A stretch of 64,000 bases of DNA from Octopus vulgaris (GCA_951406725.2 OX597834.1:12276001-12340000); one strand, 5' to 3'; counted from the stretch's first letter, positions 27,196 through 40,798 are shown. Numbers and translations are program-made. The notes: generated from the sequence alone by a model not told the origin.

Positions 27196-27420
27196 TGTGT
27201 GTATTTGTGTGTCTGTGTTTGTCCCACTAGCATTGCTTGACAACCGATGCTGGTGTGTTCATGTCCCCATAACTTAGCGGTTCGGCAAAAGAGATCGATA
27301 GAAGAAGTACTGGGCTTACAAAAGAATAAGTTCCGGGGCCGAGTTGCTCGATTAAAGGCGGTGCTCCAGCTTGGCCGCAGTCAAATAGCCGAAACAAGTA
27401 AAAGAGTAAAGAGTAAAAGA
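26992..27420 (+). mobile_element. SINE family A, full length
   Basis: Head ATAGGCACAGGAGTGGCTGTGTGG to tail GTAAAAGAGTAAAGAGTAAAAGA. Confidence 0.92.
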
Positions 27421-28479
27421 TTATAGCTACACACACACATATAAACATACACATATATGCAGACACATATATACTTACATACATACGCTTGTGTAAGTGT
27501 ACGCGTGACACTGAATACACTCGCGTTGATACTGGGAATTATTCTCAATGAGGCTCTTGCTATTTTCATTGCACAAAATAATACTCCCATTATAATGAAC
27601 GTTTTAGCCGATTCTGTGTAGACATGCAACTTTGTTCCACTAGGATTTGATGCGTTATAATGAGGCATTAGAGTTAAGCGACGCATTATTAATTGAGCTT
27701 TTAATTACGGTGAATATATTTTTTGATGTTCAGACATCAATTGTCCATATATATAAAAGTATTAATTCCGAAATTAGAGACCTGTAAATGTAATGAATTT
27801 TAAACAAAGAATAACGGTATTAGAATTTTATCGATTTTTCACTTGTCTCCGGCAATTGCGATAGATTTCGAACATTGCAAGGATGTTGGCTAACATACAA
27901 ACAATTTTATTCTCTTATACTATTAAATGCTGATCACTGCCAACTTTACATAAACAGCGTATGTTTACGTATCTATGTTTTATGAATCTAACTTTTTGAT
28001 GAATGTCTCAACCTCGAAACGTCAGAATCAGATTTGAATTTGAAATTTCTTCGACCGTTACTGTAAAGTTTACGTTCGTTGTCACCTCTTGTTTTTATTT
28101 TTGCTGTAAATTTTAAACACACACACATACGTAGATGTAAACCCATGTTTTGTACTCTACGAATATATTTTACATTACACTTCCAAGACTTTTCTTTGTT
28201 GCATATAAGCTTACGATGATTTCATTTCTGATGTATTCATATCCTAACACGTTACGAGGTCAGCAGCTACCATGCATGGAATCGCTAAACGATTAAGCGC
28301 TTTAACCTCACCAGTGGCTTCAAGACCAAAATGTAACAAATCATAAAGCTGTCTCGACGGCACATAACGTCTGGGAAATAATGCAGGATTTTGTTTTTTA
28401 TTTAGTACAAATTATTCGCGTTCTTTTTGTTAGCTTTACTCACAGAAACATATACTTATAATAAATCGATCGATTAGAC

Positions 28480-28525
<46 letters not shown>

Positions 28526-28569
28526 ATATATTATATATATATATATTATATATATATGCGGATATTATA

Positions 28570-28621
<52 letters not shown>

Positions 28622-28623
<2 letters not shown>

Positions 28624-29390
28624 GAAATTTTACAAAAGATGGAGACGGGTGTGTGAATAACAAACAGGTATATTAGTTTGACGTTCGAGAAAGTGAGAAA
28701 GTTTTTACATTTCGAGGCTATGCTCCTCAATAGAATGAAATAAAAGAAAACAAACAGAGGGGGAAAACTTGTGGATTTAGTGATGAAGAATGGCTGCTGT
28801 TTGGGGAAAGAAAGGTTTGACAGCAGAGGTAGAAAAAAGGGAAGATAATAAAGTATAGATGATGCCAAAACGAAGGGCTGCGTGTGTATGTGTATGTGTA
28901 CGTGTGTGTGGATATAGTTTAGTGACTTTGACGTTTAGATGTGTGCGCGTATGTGTGTGTATCTGTAACGTGTGAATGTGTGCGTTTGCGGATGATGGTG
29001 TGTGAGTGTGCAGATGATGTTGTGTAATGTGTGCTGGGAAGTGGTCAGTGCTAGTGAGTGTGGAGTGGTGTCGGGTTGTGTAGGAATCTGGGGGTGTGGT
29101 GGGCTAGAAATGAGGCTGGGAATGTCGGTGCGTGTTGGAGATATGGGTGTGAGGAGGAAGTATGGGTGTAGGGGTCGGATATGTGAGCGTGGTGTATGGG
29201 AGTGGAGAGGTATCAATGAAGAGAGGAAGTAGGTGTCGGAGCAAGAGAGAAGAGGTGGGTAGGAATGAAGGGAGGAAGGAGGTGTCAGAAGAAGTGAGGA
29301 GAGGAGGGGAATCAGATGAAGAAAGGAGGGGAGTTGAGCCTAGGTGGTGCAAATGAGCGAAGAGAGAATATCAATCCCCTGTTCACGGCA
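28622..29390 (-). mobile_element. 3' end of a Penelope-like element: GIY-YIG C-terminus, C-rich UTR and pLTR with decayed hammerhead
   Basis: Minus strand from 29387 gives REQ(fs)GLIFSLRSFAPPRLNSPPFFI*, matching the PLE endonuclease end E..LIF.L.T..P.GLN. The pLTR carries CUAUUGA-GGAGCAUAGCCUC-GAAA-UG-UA (28701-28737). Confidence 0.7.
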
Positions 29391-29559
29391 TTATCAATTC
29401 GAGATAATGTCAGCCCAAACCGTCCTTAATGAAACTTGAGCCAAGAACATAATGAGCTGGAAGAAATGGCACTGAACACTTTGTCCGGCATGCTAACTGT
29501 TCTACTATATCACCACCTTAATTATTATAGTAATTTTTTATATAGAGGAAAATAATTTT

Positions 29560-29712
29560 GCTGAAGTATTTTACGCTGAATCTCCCATAGGATTACGTTA
29601 AAGATTCGCGTGTCTGTGGAGTGCTCTGTCAATTGTACGGTAATTTGACGAGCAGGCTGTTCTGTTGATAGGATCGAGTGGAACTCTCACCGTCATAACC
29701 GAACGAGTGTCA
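29560..29712 (+). mobile_element. Fragment of SINE family C 3' module
   Basis: GTGTCTGTGGAGTGCTC...ACGAGCAGGCTGTTC.GTTGAT.GGATC matches the reverse complement of 46323-46460. Confidence 0.7.
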
Positions 29713-31406
29713 GTTTTGCAGAGGGCCGACTAAATTGAGATTTATATTACCAACCCTGGACAGTTGAAAGACAAAGTTTAACTAAGGATTTGAAATGGGA
29801 ACGTACAGGGATGAGACTAATTACTGGTAAGTTAGCTGTCCATCGTTTTATTGATGATCAATAGCTTGCTAATATAAGCACAGGGTCTTGCAGCGAATTT
29901 TTGCAGAAAGAAAGTCAATGAAAATAAAAATGCGACGAATTACTGCATTTACGAAAAAGAAAAAAACAAATCTCGTAATCTACGTAGTCTACAACTTGCC
30001 AGAGAGAGCAGGCCAAGTCAATAAAATCCCACTTTAGGGTTCATTGTCCTGGGTTTTGAAATCCAATAGTTGGCTATCGCTGGAGTATTTTTGATTAATC
30101 AGAGTTGATGAGCAAAATCAATTCTTATCTGTTACACAGTGTTCAAAATAGTAATAAGAACCTTGCAGCAATATTAAATAAGATTTTGAAAAACAATAAA
30201 GGCTATGTCAAATACGACAACGAATAAAACAATGCAACTATTGTAAAAAGAAACATTAATAAAAGCCAAAATGAGCAACAACAAAGCAGCCTCTACATCG
30301 TCGTTCGGCCTGCAAGAAATAGCACCCCGAAAAGATAATATGATAAGTAGATGTGGGGAACATCTGAACTCAGAACGTAAAGACCTGGAAATAAAATCGC
30401 AGAATATGTTTTGGACACTCAGATGATTCTGAGAATTCGCCAAACGAACACATACAGAATTGCTTTTACGATAAACACAAGAATTGAACTATGACGCTGG
30501 GCTATGTGAGATCGATTAAATCAACCACAATAGTTGATTTGTTCTTTATTTTGTTGAACCTGGAAATATGAACAATTCGTTCAACTTTGGCTGGTGCTGA
30601 ATTCAGAACACAAAGAACCAGGGCGAAACCCGCAAACTATGTACTCTGACGCTCTAACGATTCTGTGAATGATCCACCTTTCCATTCAGAGATTCCGTTT
30701 CTAAACTAAGGTGCAAGTCAGAGCAATTATGAGAAGTAGGGTAAGTCAGTTTTGTCACCCCTAATAATTGACAGTTACTTGATTTTATTGACCACAGGGA
30801 AATAAAATCAAGCGTGACCTTGTCGAGATTTGCAAAGTTACGGGACCACATAATGCGAATTACTATTCCGACGCTCTATCATTTCTGATATTACATCGCG
30901 CTATCGCTGGTATTTATAATGATTGTATATATCGCTAGCAAGGAGAAGGTCTCACATATAAAGCTCACATACAGGTCTCACATATAGACAATTTGTTAAA
31001 TGTCTTTGGTGTATTACTGAAATATAACACTGAATTTGTAAGCTAAAATAATAATATAGAGATAGAAACTTAAATAACTACAGGATTCGACAGCTTTAAA
31101 TGTTTGTATTAAATATACTCATATCTTATGAAATTTTGTTACATAATAGAAATGATTTTTTTCCTTGCCACGACAGCTTCAATTTAGAACATATTATACG
31201 AACAAATTATGAAAATGGTCTTCTATTTTGGTTTCGACAAAATCAGTTATTGAAAGGAAAACATGAATAAAGTGCAGAAAACAATTGTCCTAAAAGAAAT
31301 GAAATGCGATGCTCCACATTGGAGAAAAATATCAACCCAGGGCTAATCAACGAAGTCCATTCGAATATGAGAATGCATTCTACTGCATTCACATATTCTT
31401 GCAGTA

Positions 31407-31610
31407 TACTCTTTCAATCTTTTACTTCTTTCAGTCATTTGATTGTGGCCATTCTTGAGCACCGCCTTTAGTCGAGCAAACCGACACCCAGGATTTATTC
31501 TATGTAAGCCTAGTACTTATTCTATCGGTCACTATTGCCGAACTACTAAGTTACGGGGACCTAAACACACCAGCATCGGTTGTCAAGCGATGTTGGGGGG
31601 ACAAACACAT

Positions 31611-31651
<41 letters not shown>

Positions 31652-31817
31652 CGACGGGAATCTTTCAGTTTCCGTCTACCAAATCCACTCACAAGGCTTT
31701 GGTCGGCACGAGGCTATAGTAGAAGACACTTGCCCAAAGTGCCACGCAGTGAGACTGAATCTGGAACCATGTGGTCCGTAAGCAAGCTACACACCACACA
31801 GCCACTCCTACGCCTAT
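31407..31817 (-). mobile_element. SINE family A
   Basis: Full-length match. Confidence 0.9.
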
Positions 31818-32460
31818 AGTTCATTTATCCCGCTTAGATAACGTTGGGTTCTTTCGGCAGTGTTGCAACTCAGGACATAAAAACGGGGGGAAAGGTCGCA
31901 ATATATTTTCATGCGAATTGTAGTGATAGTTCCTAATTTAGAAACAAGGTCTGCAATTTTGAAACGGGGCGTTGGTTTATACCACCGACTCCAGTATTTA
32001 AATGGTAATATGTTTTCTCGTGGCTGGGGAAGAAATAAAAACATGACCTCGGTGAGGTTTGAACTCAAAATGTAAAAATCCACATCGATTATCAAAAGTA
32101 ATTGTTTTCCCCGACGTTGCAACGCTTTTGCTTGTTCATTTCCATGTAATATTTTCCGGTTTAGGTACGTTTCCATCAGTTTCGAGGGGACAGGATTAGT
32201 CGATACCTTCGACCCTTGCACATGATTGGTACCTCAATTAGTCAACCTTGAGATAACGTAAGACAATATTGACCTTTGCGAAATTTGAGCTCAGATCATA
32301 AAGAGAAAAATAACTTCTGCAAAGCATCTTTCGAAATGTTCTAACGAATCAATCACACAACATCGTTGCCAAGATCAATAGTCTTAACATAAAGTGCTGA
32401 CAATAACAACTGCAATAATAACCACTAAAATCAAAAGTCAAAGCAAAAATTCATATTTAG

Positions 32461-33730
32461 CACTGCCTGATAATAAGCATTAGAATCGCATAACATGTTT
32501 CACTGTTTAATAATATGTGTTCTTGTGTGATATCGTGTATTGCTGCCTGATAATGTGTACCGTTACATGATAATGTCTATAAATGCATAATAGTGTGAAA
32601 TACTGTGTAATAATATCTGTTATTGTACAAAATACATTCTACTCTGATAGAGTGTTTTCGATACTATAATGAATTATTGTATCATTATGAGTGTTATTGA
32701 AAATATCGTGTTATTAATCGATATTTGTGCCACTAACAATTAAAATGCATTGTTGTGTGATAATGTGTTTTGTCTGATAATGAGAAATAATGTACGCTGA
32801 TATAAATCCTAGTTTGATAACATGAGTTACTGAATGATAAAATATAATGCATTTTACCGACTGATAATGTGTTTCGTGAAATGATATTAACTATTGTACT
32901 ATATGGTTAGTTAGTCTTTGACAATGTTTGTTGCCTTATAATAAAATGTATCTCTGTGTGATAATGTATATATATGTATGATAATGTACATTTCTGTCCG
33001 GTAATGTAGATTTTGCTTGAAAATGTGTACTATCGTACGATAATGTGATTTACTGTTTGGTAATGTGTGTTGCTGTTTGATAATGTTGATAATGTGAACA
33101 GTTGTACTCCAATGCGAGTTAGTGTTTGATAATGTGTGTCCCTAAGAAATAAAGTGTATTATAGTGTGATAATGTGTTTTTAAGTGATAATGTGTATTGC
33201 TTGTAAGATATCTTGCATTACTGAACGATAATGAAAGTTGCTATTAGATAACCAAAGTTAAATGCGAACCCAGTGTGTAAATAGCGTCCAGACTATCTCA
33301 AATTGCATCCAAGTATCGTTTTTGTTATAATGTGCAGTGCAGGAATATATTAATGTCTGTCTCTGGATATTGGTGTATGCTGTTTTACGATAACGTGTTT
33401 TAATATTTGATAATGTGTACTCCTAAGGTGAAAAGGATATTAATTTAAGATAGTGTGTAACAATGTGATAATTTGTAATAATGTGCGATAATGTGTGTGA
33501 CTATATGCTAATACGTGATAAGGAGTCATATATGTAGTTTAGTTTGATAAAATGCTAGGTCCTGATAATGTTGGTTTCTTTGTTATAATGTAATAAACAG
33601 CAAAACAGTGTGATCTCGTTGTTTGATAATGATAAAAAAAGGTGTATTACTCTGAAGTAATGATATCATGGGTGATAATGAGTATATTTGCTTTATAATG
33701 CTTACATCATATCTATGTGATAATGCGTTT
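32461..33730 (+). repeat. Degenerate ~20-bp minisatellite, consensus about TGATAATGTGTATTACTGTG
   Basis: About 29 GATAA cores counted by eye on +, often exactly 20 bp apart (e.g. 32549/32569, 32960/32980, 33389/33409). Confidence 0.8.
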
Positions 33731-34962
33731 ATGGGTGATTGTAGTCTTTTTTGCCAAATTTAAGTTGTTCTAATTGTTGGGCTAACGGACCTCAGCTCAA
33801 GAGCATTCATACCATGACTCATCCGACCTTTAACCTCTGACAAAGAAAACTCGGATCATAAAATTTAGAAAAGAGTAGCTTCCAGCTGATGTTCATATGA
33901 TATTTGGGAGCCAATAAAAGAGTTTTCCTTCGAAAAATTACGATAAATCGGCTACGAATTGGTAATTAAAATAAATTGGTTGGACACAAAGTATTTTAAC
34001 AATTTTTAAATACAATTCCCTATAATTCTAAATTATAAAAAAAATATGTTCGTTTTAAAAAAATTAAATGGTTACGAGGGTCCACTCGAGTAAAATATCA
34101 ACGAAATGGGTCAATGGGTAGAAAATGATTAAGAACCGATGGAGGGACCCGATTTCTAGAAGAAAAAAAAACCCCAAAAAACGAAAAGGTTCTTTTTCGA
34201 ACCAGTCGGGCAACGATGTCAAGACTTCTATGTTGCAATATTGTGTATCTGAGTATTATGTGAGTGTATAATGGGCTTGAAGCTGTTAGTGCGTACCGGT
34301 TTCATTTCATGTATGCATGTTTGTTTTGTTTTGTTTTGTTTTAGGATTTGCGTCTGCTCTGCACGTGCTACTGTTGTGAGTTCACGGTACACGTTACACA
34401 TCTTCTATCATTCTTTAAAGCGTGTTCGTTTAAGAATATTTCTTCAAGTCCTCGACTGTATATCTCTGAGTCCCTATATCCATTTATGAGTTTGTGTGTA
34501 AATATACGTATGAGCTCCTTTGTATTTCTATGTGCGTGCGTCGAATATAAGTGCTTGTTTTGAGTACTTGAGTCGCGGCGGCTGGCGCATGCGTTGTTTT
34601 CTCTCTACATATATCAAAGTATCCTTATATCTTCTACCGCGTGCCTGCGCCGTGGAAGTATTAAAGCGAGTATTTCAATTGTCTCATGGAGTGTATGTGA
34701 GTTTGCGTGAACGTATGCGTGTACGATATTTTCTACGTTTGCGCATGCGCTATTTTGTATACACGGCTGTGTGAGTATAGATTATGTGTATGTGTTGTGA
34801 GTGTGTACGTGTGATAGTACTTCTATATCGGCATGTGCTGGTATGCGTATATATATGTCTGTGCTTATATAGTTATACGATTGGCTGTACGTATTTCTAT
34901 TCATGCTTCGGTATGTGCATCTTTCTGGAGTATGTTTAACGGTGTGTATATGTGTGAATATG

Positions 34963-35010
<48 letters not shown>

Positions 35011-35072
35011 ACATGCATAATACATACATATATACAAGCATAAATATATCCATACATAATACGTACATACAT

Positions 35073-35114
<42 letters not shown>

Positions 35115-35859
35115 ATGCATAAATATATACATACATACATAATATGTACATATATACACACAAACACATTATCAGACAGTAATACACGATATCACACAAG
35201 AACACACATTATTAAGCAGTGAAAATTCTTATGCCATTGTAATACTTATTATCAGGTAGTGTATATACATACATAAATATATACATACGTACATAATACG
35301 TATATATATACATAAATATATACGTAGATACACACGCACATATAGGTGTGGTTCTCTTTTTCTTTTACTTCTTAGAGTCACAGGTCTGGGGTCACGCTGT
35401 GTCACGCCCTTTAAGTGTTTAACAGAATACTATTTCTCATTTGTGTTTGAAAGCCTTCTACGTACGTTTCCGATACAATTGTGCAGAACCATTTACGTTA
35501 AGAGGACATAAACACACAAACAACAACAATTGTTAAGTTCTGGTAGGAGACAATCGCAAACTGAAAGCACTCACATGCACACAGACACACACACACACAC
35601 ACATATAGACACACATCTATCTATCTATCTATCTATCCGTCTGTCTGTATGTATGCATGTAAGTATGTATGTCTGTCTATATACCTATCTATCTGTCTGT
35701 CTGTGTATGTATGCATGTATGTCTATTTTTATATCTATCTCACCTACCTATTCATCCATCTGTCGATCGATCGATCTGTTTATGTATGTATATATATATA
35801 TACATATATATGCATATATGTAGGTGTGTGTGCTTCTTTTGTTGCTGTTGTTTTTATCG

Positions 35860-36145
35860 TGTATATATATATATACATACATACATACATATACATACAT
35901 ACATACATACACACATACATACACACATACACACATACATACATACACATACATATACACACATACATATACACACATACACATATACATACATACATAC
36001 ATACACATACATACACATACATACATACATACATACACATACATACATACATACACATACACACATACATACATACATATACATACATATACATACATAC
36101 ATATACATACACACACACATATATACATATATATATATATATGCA
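35860..36145. repeat. (ATAC/ACAC)n microsatellite
   Basis: Directly visible. Confidence 0.95.
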
Positions 36146-37313
36146 TGCTTCTCTGCATGAGTCTTGTTTTGTACATCTGTATACTATCGCGACACCATGC
36201 TGCTACGCAAGCTCTCCCATAAATACGTATATACACACGTATATATGTACACATGTCTATGCGAGTCTGTACACACACATGCACACAAACACACTCATGC
36301 AAATGTACATCCAAAAATGCACATATATACATCTACATGCATCTATCTATCTATCTATCTATCTATTTCTGTTTGTGTGTGTATATGTATACGTATGTAT
36401 GGCATACGAAGTTGTGCGTGTATACGGTACGTGAATCTGTTTGTGTTGTATAAACATGCGCGGTAGGTCGTACCACGTTTGTTGTTTTTGTTTGATACAT
36501 AGTTGCGAGCAGGCATGTACACCCCACCCACTCAATCTCGACACTACCCCCCACCGTTGACCCAGCAGAAATACGACATACATGACAGAAGGTCCCTATT
36601 TTGCCGCTGAGGACCGTAAAACAACGCAAATCCTGGTCCGAGCAGCGAACTCACGGCGTTACGAACAAAATCCGAATAGCGTATCCGATAAGGCTACGCG
36701 TCTTTACTTAAACATGCATGCTTAGATAAATACAGAAATATATAAATACATACATAAATAAATATATAAATACATACATATATACTTAACTACATCAAAT
36801 AAATATATAAATAAAAGAATAGATAAATAAATAAATACATATATATACATACATACATACATAAACATATCCCACCCAACAAACAGCATGCATATGTATA
36901 TAGTAATACATCGCGTGTATTAGTATAGTTGTACGTGTTTTTGCAGGCGTATGTGCACTGCTGCGCATGTGTGCGTATGTTTATATGTCCCTGTGTAATC
37001 AGTAGGTATTTGTGTATGTATGAGTTACTTCATTTTCTTACTATCTTTTTTTTTTTATTATTTTTTATTGTCTGTGTGAGTGCGAGGGTGTTTATACGCG
37101 TGAGCATCTGTGTGTTTTGTGTATATATGTCTAAGTATGATATGTCTGTGTGTGATTGGCTGTCTGCGATTGTGTGTGTGCGTGTGCTTCTGTGTGTGAG
37201 TGTAGGTGTAACTGTGTATCCGTGCGCGTGTACGTCTGTTCATGTTTAGTTTCAAAGAGAAAGATAGAGAAAAGACGAAAAGAAATGATATAATAACAAA
37301 CAATACGACTTAC

Positions 37314-37416
37314 CTATACGCACCAATTCCGGAATACATCGCGCATATTGTATGAATGTTAATCCTAGAAGGAGATAAGTCACCGCCAAAATTGTGTCGT
37401 GTCTTGGAGTCATCAT
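37314..37416 (-). CDS. First coding exon (signal peptide plus start of the amino-terminal domain) of a probable ionotropic glutamate receptor, kainate/AMPA type
   Basis: Minus strand reads ATG ATG ACT CCA ... GAA TTG GTG CGT ATA G|GTAAGT = MMTPRHDTILAVTYLLLGLTFIQYARC/IPELVRI-G. It has a hydrophobic h-region, a small-residue cleavage site (A-R-C), then an xPxxVRIG motif like the iGluR N-termini LPxVIRIGGLF and HVLRFGGIF. A perfect donor in phase 1 splits the Gly codon, the same position as the first intron of vertebrate GRIK/GRIA genes. Downstream exons were not found in the window. Confidence 0.75.
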
Positions 37417-40400
37417 ACATGTGAAAGAAGGAAAGGCGATCCGTTTGTGTATAGAAGATGGGGAAGAGAAAAGAGAGGTAGATGGAGAAAATTGTGCAGA
37501 GCGAAAAAGAAGAGAGAGAGACGAAATGTGTTTTGATATATAGGGAGGGAGAAAAAGAGAGAAACTGATGAAGAGAAACAGTGTTGTAATGAAATAATGC
37601 GTGTGTCAATATATGTGTGTGTTTGTTTGTGTTCGTGTGTGTGTTAGTTAAATGGGGCGAGTGTACGGTGGGGTGGGGTGGGTAAAGAGATAAATTAAAC
37701 TGGATTGAAGAAATATAGTGATTTATACATGTATATATAGATCGATATATATGTATATATATGTGTGTGTATATGTATATATTTGTGTGTGTGTGAGTGT
37801 ATGAGTATATATATATACAGAGAGAAGGAGAGGAAGAGGGTTATATTGAGGTGTTAAAGAAGAAAGAGAGGGGGAAATGAGACAGAGGAAGAAAAATTAA
37901 GAGACCAAAAGATGTGTGTGATATGATGGGATACAACGATAGATATATACTGATGCTGGCGATGATGATGTTGATTATGATGATGATGATGATGATAAAT
38001 ATAATAGCAGTTGTGAAGGTGTTTTTGTTGTTGATGTAAGTGGTACTGGTGGTGTTGGTGTTGGCGGTTGTAATGAGACGAGAAAATTTCAAGATAAACA
38101 ACGAGGAGTAGTGAATGAATGAAAGAAAAGAAGACAGACAGGTATTACAGAATGAAAGAATGAGCGAATGAACGAATTAACTTAGAAATGAATGAGTCGG
38201 TTGATATATATATACGTATATATGTGTGTATATTTATGAATGTGTAAATGTATATAGACGCGCGCGAACGTTTTTGTATGTCTGTGTGTGTGTCTTTGTA
38301 TGACTATATGTGAATGTATTTGTATTTGTATATGTGTATCTATATCGAAATATGTAGACAAACACACAGATACACAAACACGGTGGAAATATATAGAAAG
38401 ATATAAAAATATAAGTAAAGAGAGAGAGAGAGAGAGAAGTGAGAAATAGAGAGAGAGAGAGAGGGGGGGAGTGATTTATGTAAGGTGGATGGGGTGGGAA
38501 GAAGACGGCGACAAACTCTACGGATGGATTGATAAAGAGAGAAATAGATAGATCAATAGATCAATCGAGGAAATCGATTAATAGATAGATAGATACACAG
38601 AGAGATAGACGAAATGAGAACAAATTAGTTGTGACAGACGACGGAAGGAAGATAAAAGTTGATGAAAGTTAAAAAAATAAATTTGCAAAAACAACAACAA
38701 AAAATAACAGGTGTCTGAGAAGATCTGAATGGGGGAAAAAGGAAAAAAATGTAAGCAACTTGATGCTTGGTGAAGAAATTGAGATATATATATGAATATG
38801 ATATAATATATATATATATATAATATATCTATATGTATATAATTTATATTGATTATTAATACATTATTGTTATTATCATTATTATTGTTGTTGTTGCTAT
38901 TATGTAATGATTGCTACGAGGACAATGATGGTTGTGATGATAATGATTTACGTTGGCAGTGATGAAAATGATGAAGAGACGAAGGGGATGTGTATAGTAT
39001 TTAACAAGTGGGTTAAGATTGTATTAAGAAAAAATAAAAAAGAAAAAGATGCAGAGAATGAACAGAGAACCGTAACAAGAGTCAATGCAAAAATCAGCGA
39101 TACAAAACGTGTTTATGAATTTGGCGAGATTTGTAAATGTATTTTCAAACTCTGTGTATGTATAGTTTAAAAGATTGAGAGATCGAGACAGACCAACAGA
39201 TATATAGATAGGTAGGTAGGTAGATATATAGATAGATAGATAGCTGGATAGATGGATAGATAGATAGATAGATAGATATGCGGCAAGAATTATAAAGGCT
39301 AGCAAAAATAAATTACTATCAAAATGAAGGAAGTTGCCCAAATTATTATTATTATTACTAATAATGATAATAATAATAATGAATGTGATGTGAGAAAATC
39401 TGTCTACATTAACAACAAAGACGATAATTGTTGTTAGTAGCAACGAACACTTTACGATACCAACAAAAAAAAAAAATTGAAGAGAAGAGCTAAAATTTAA
39501 ATGAATATAAAAGAGAAATCAGAGGGTTTAGTTGAAAATTTCAGGGTGTATATATATATTTTTTTTTGAAAGATAATCGAAAATTTGTAAAACTCTGTAT
39601 TTATCAATAAGATGGCACAATAAATCAAGAAAAAGAAACAAAAAAAAAAAACAAAGATTGATTTAATGAAACGAAGAAAAGTCAAGGCGAATGAATGAAT
39701 GAAATAAAGAAAACAAAAAAAGAGAAAAAAAGAGAAAGAGGGTGAGAAAGAAAAAAATATTTAGCGAGGCAAAGCGAAAGAGGTCAACAAATGTTGAATG
39801 AAGAAAGGCAGAGGATGTAACAGAGAACGAGTAAAATAGAAAGAATAGATGAATGAAAAAAAGAAAGAGAACAATCGAGAAAGGCAGAGATGGAGATAGA
39901 AAGGGGGAACGAATGAATGGGGGAGGCAGAGAAAAAAGAGGGAGATATATATATCTATGTGGTTATATGTATATGAAGATAGAAAGCTATTTAGCTTTAT
40001 AGATTAAATACCCATGTATACTAAATATCCATGTATATATAAATACATATGTATATATAAATATATATATGTGTGTGTGTGTGTGTGTGTATATATATAG
40101 ATATTTAATTCGTGGTGTGTTGCTGCTTCTTCTTGTCTTCTAAATTGTATAGAAAGGTAAGAAGATCTGTGTAGATGGAGAGATAGAGAGAAACAGACTA
40201 TAAAAGATCTTGGTTCCGTATACAATGATTATTATGTGTTTGTGTGTTCGACTGAACGTATAGGAATCAGTTATTTTACAGACGCATCCCTTGTCGGAGG
40301 TGTTCTCTATGTAGTGGTGGAAAACAACGTACCTTCGTTTTTGATTTCTGTTTCTGCTTTTTTTTTTTTCTGAGTAGTTTTTTTTTTGTCTCAAGAAAGA

Positions 40401-40764
40401 CGAAGCAAAACTTAATTGAAGGAAAATCCTTGTAAAGGTGAAGAAAAGACAAGGATGAACGTTGGTGATAATAACGGTTGCCTGCGTGTGTGTGTGTGCG
40501 TTTAGTGGTTCGATTGCAGAGTTTAATTCAAATGTTTGTGTCTCATGAGAATGTATATATTGTATTCACAATGTGTATTTGTGAAGAAATTTAAACATAT
40601 CTATACATACATACATACATACACACAAATATATATATATGTATGTATGTATATATATATATGACAAATTTAAACTATATTGGTATATATAAATATAAAT
40701 TAATATCCAAGATACATGATAAATACTTCCTGGCGAAAATAGTCGTAACACGGACACAGGAAAC

Positions 40765-40798
<34 letters not shown>

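Larger units (their letters stand above)
29400..32350 (-). mobile_element. Cluster of old, decayed family B SINE copies
   Basis: Repeated GAACTCAGAAC-like and CTAACGATTCTG-like remnants at about 29480, 29790, 30370, 30600-30670, 30830, 32060 and 32290, all in the same orientation. Confidence 0.6.

Noticed and set aside
31240-31300. Acceptor TTTCATTTCTTTTAG giving GQLFSAL... as exon 2
   Set aside because: An in-frame stop follows after 15 codons with no donor.
32461-33730. CRISPR-like look (constant core with variable spacers)
   Set aside because: The period is only ~20 bp, the spacers are related to each other, there are no cas genes and the context is eukaryotic; it is a decayed minisatellite.
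37310-37609. 99-aa ORF from the track as the real product
   Set aside because: The signal-peptide frame with the phase-1 donor is a different frame; this ORF has no recognisable features.
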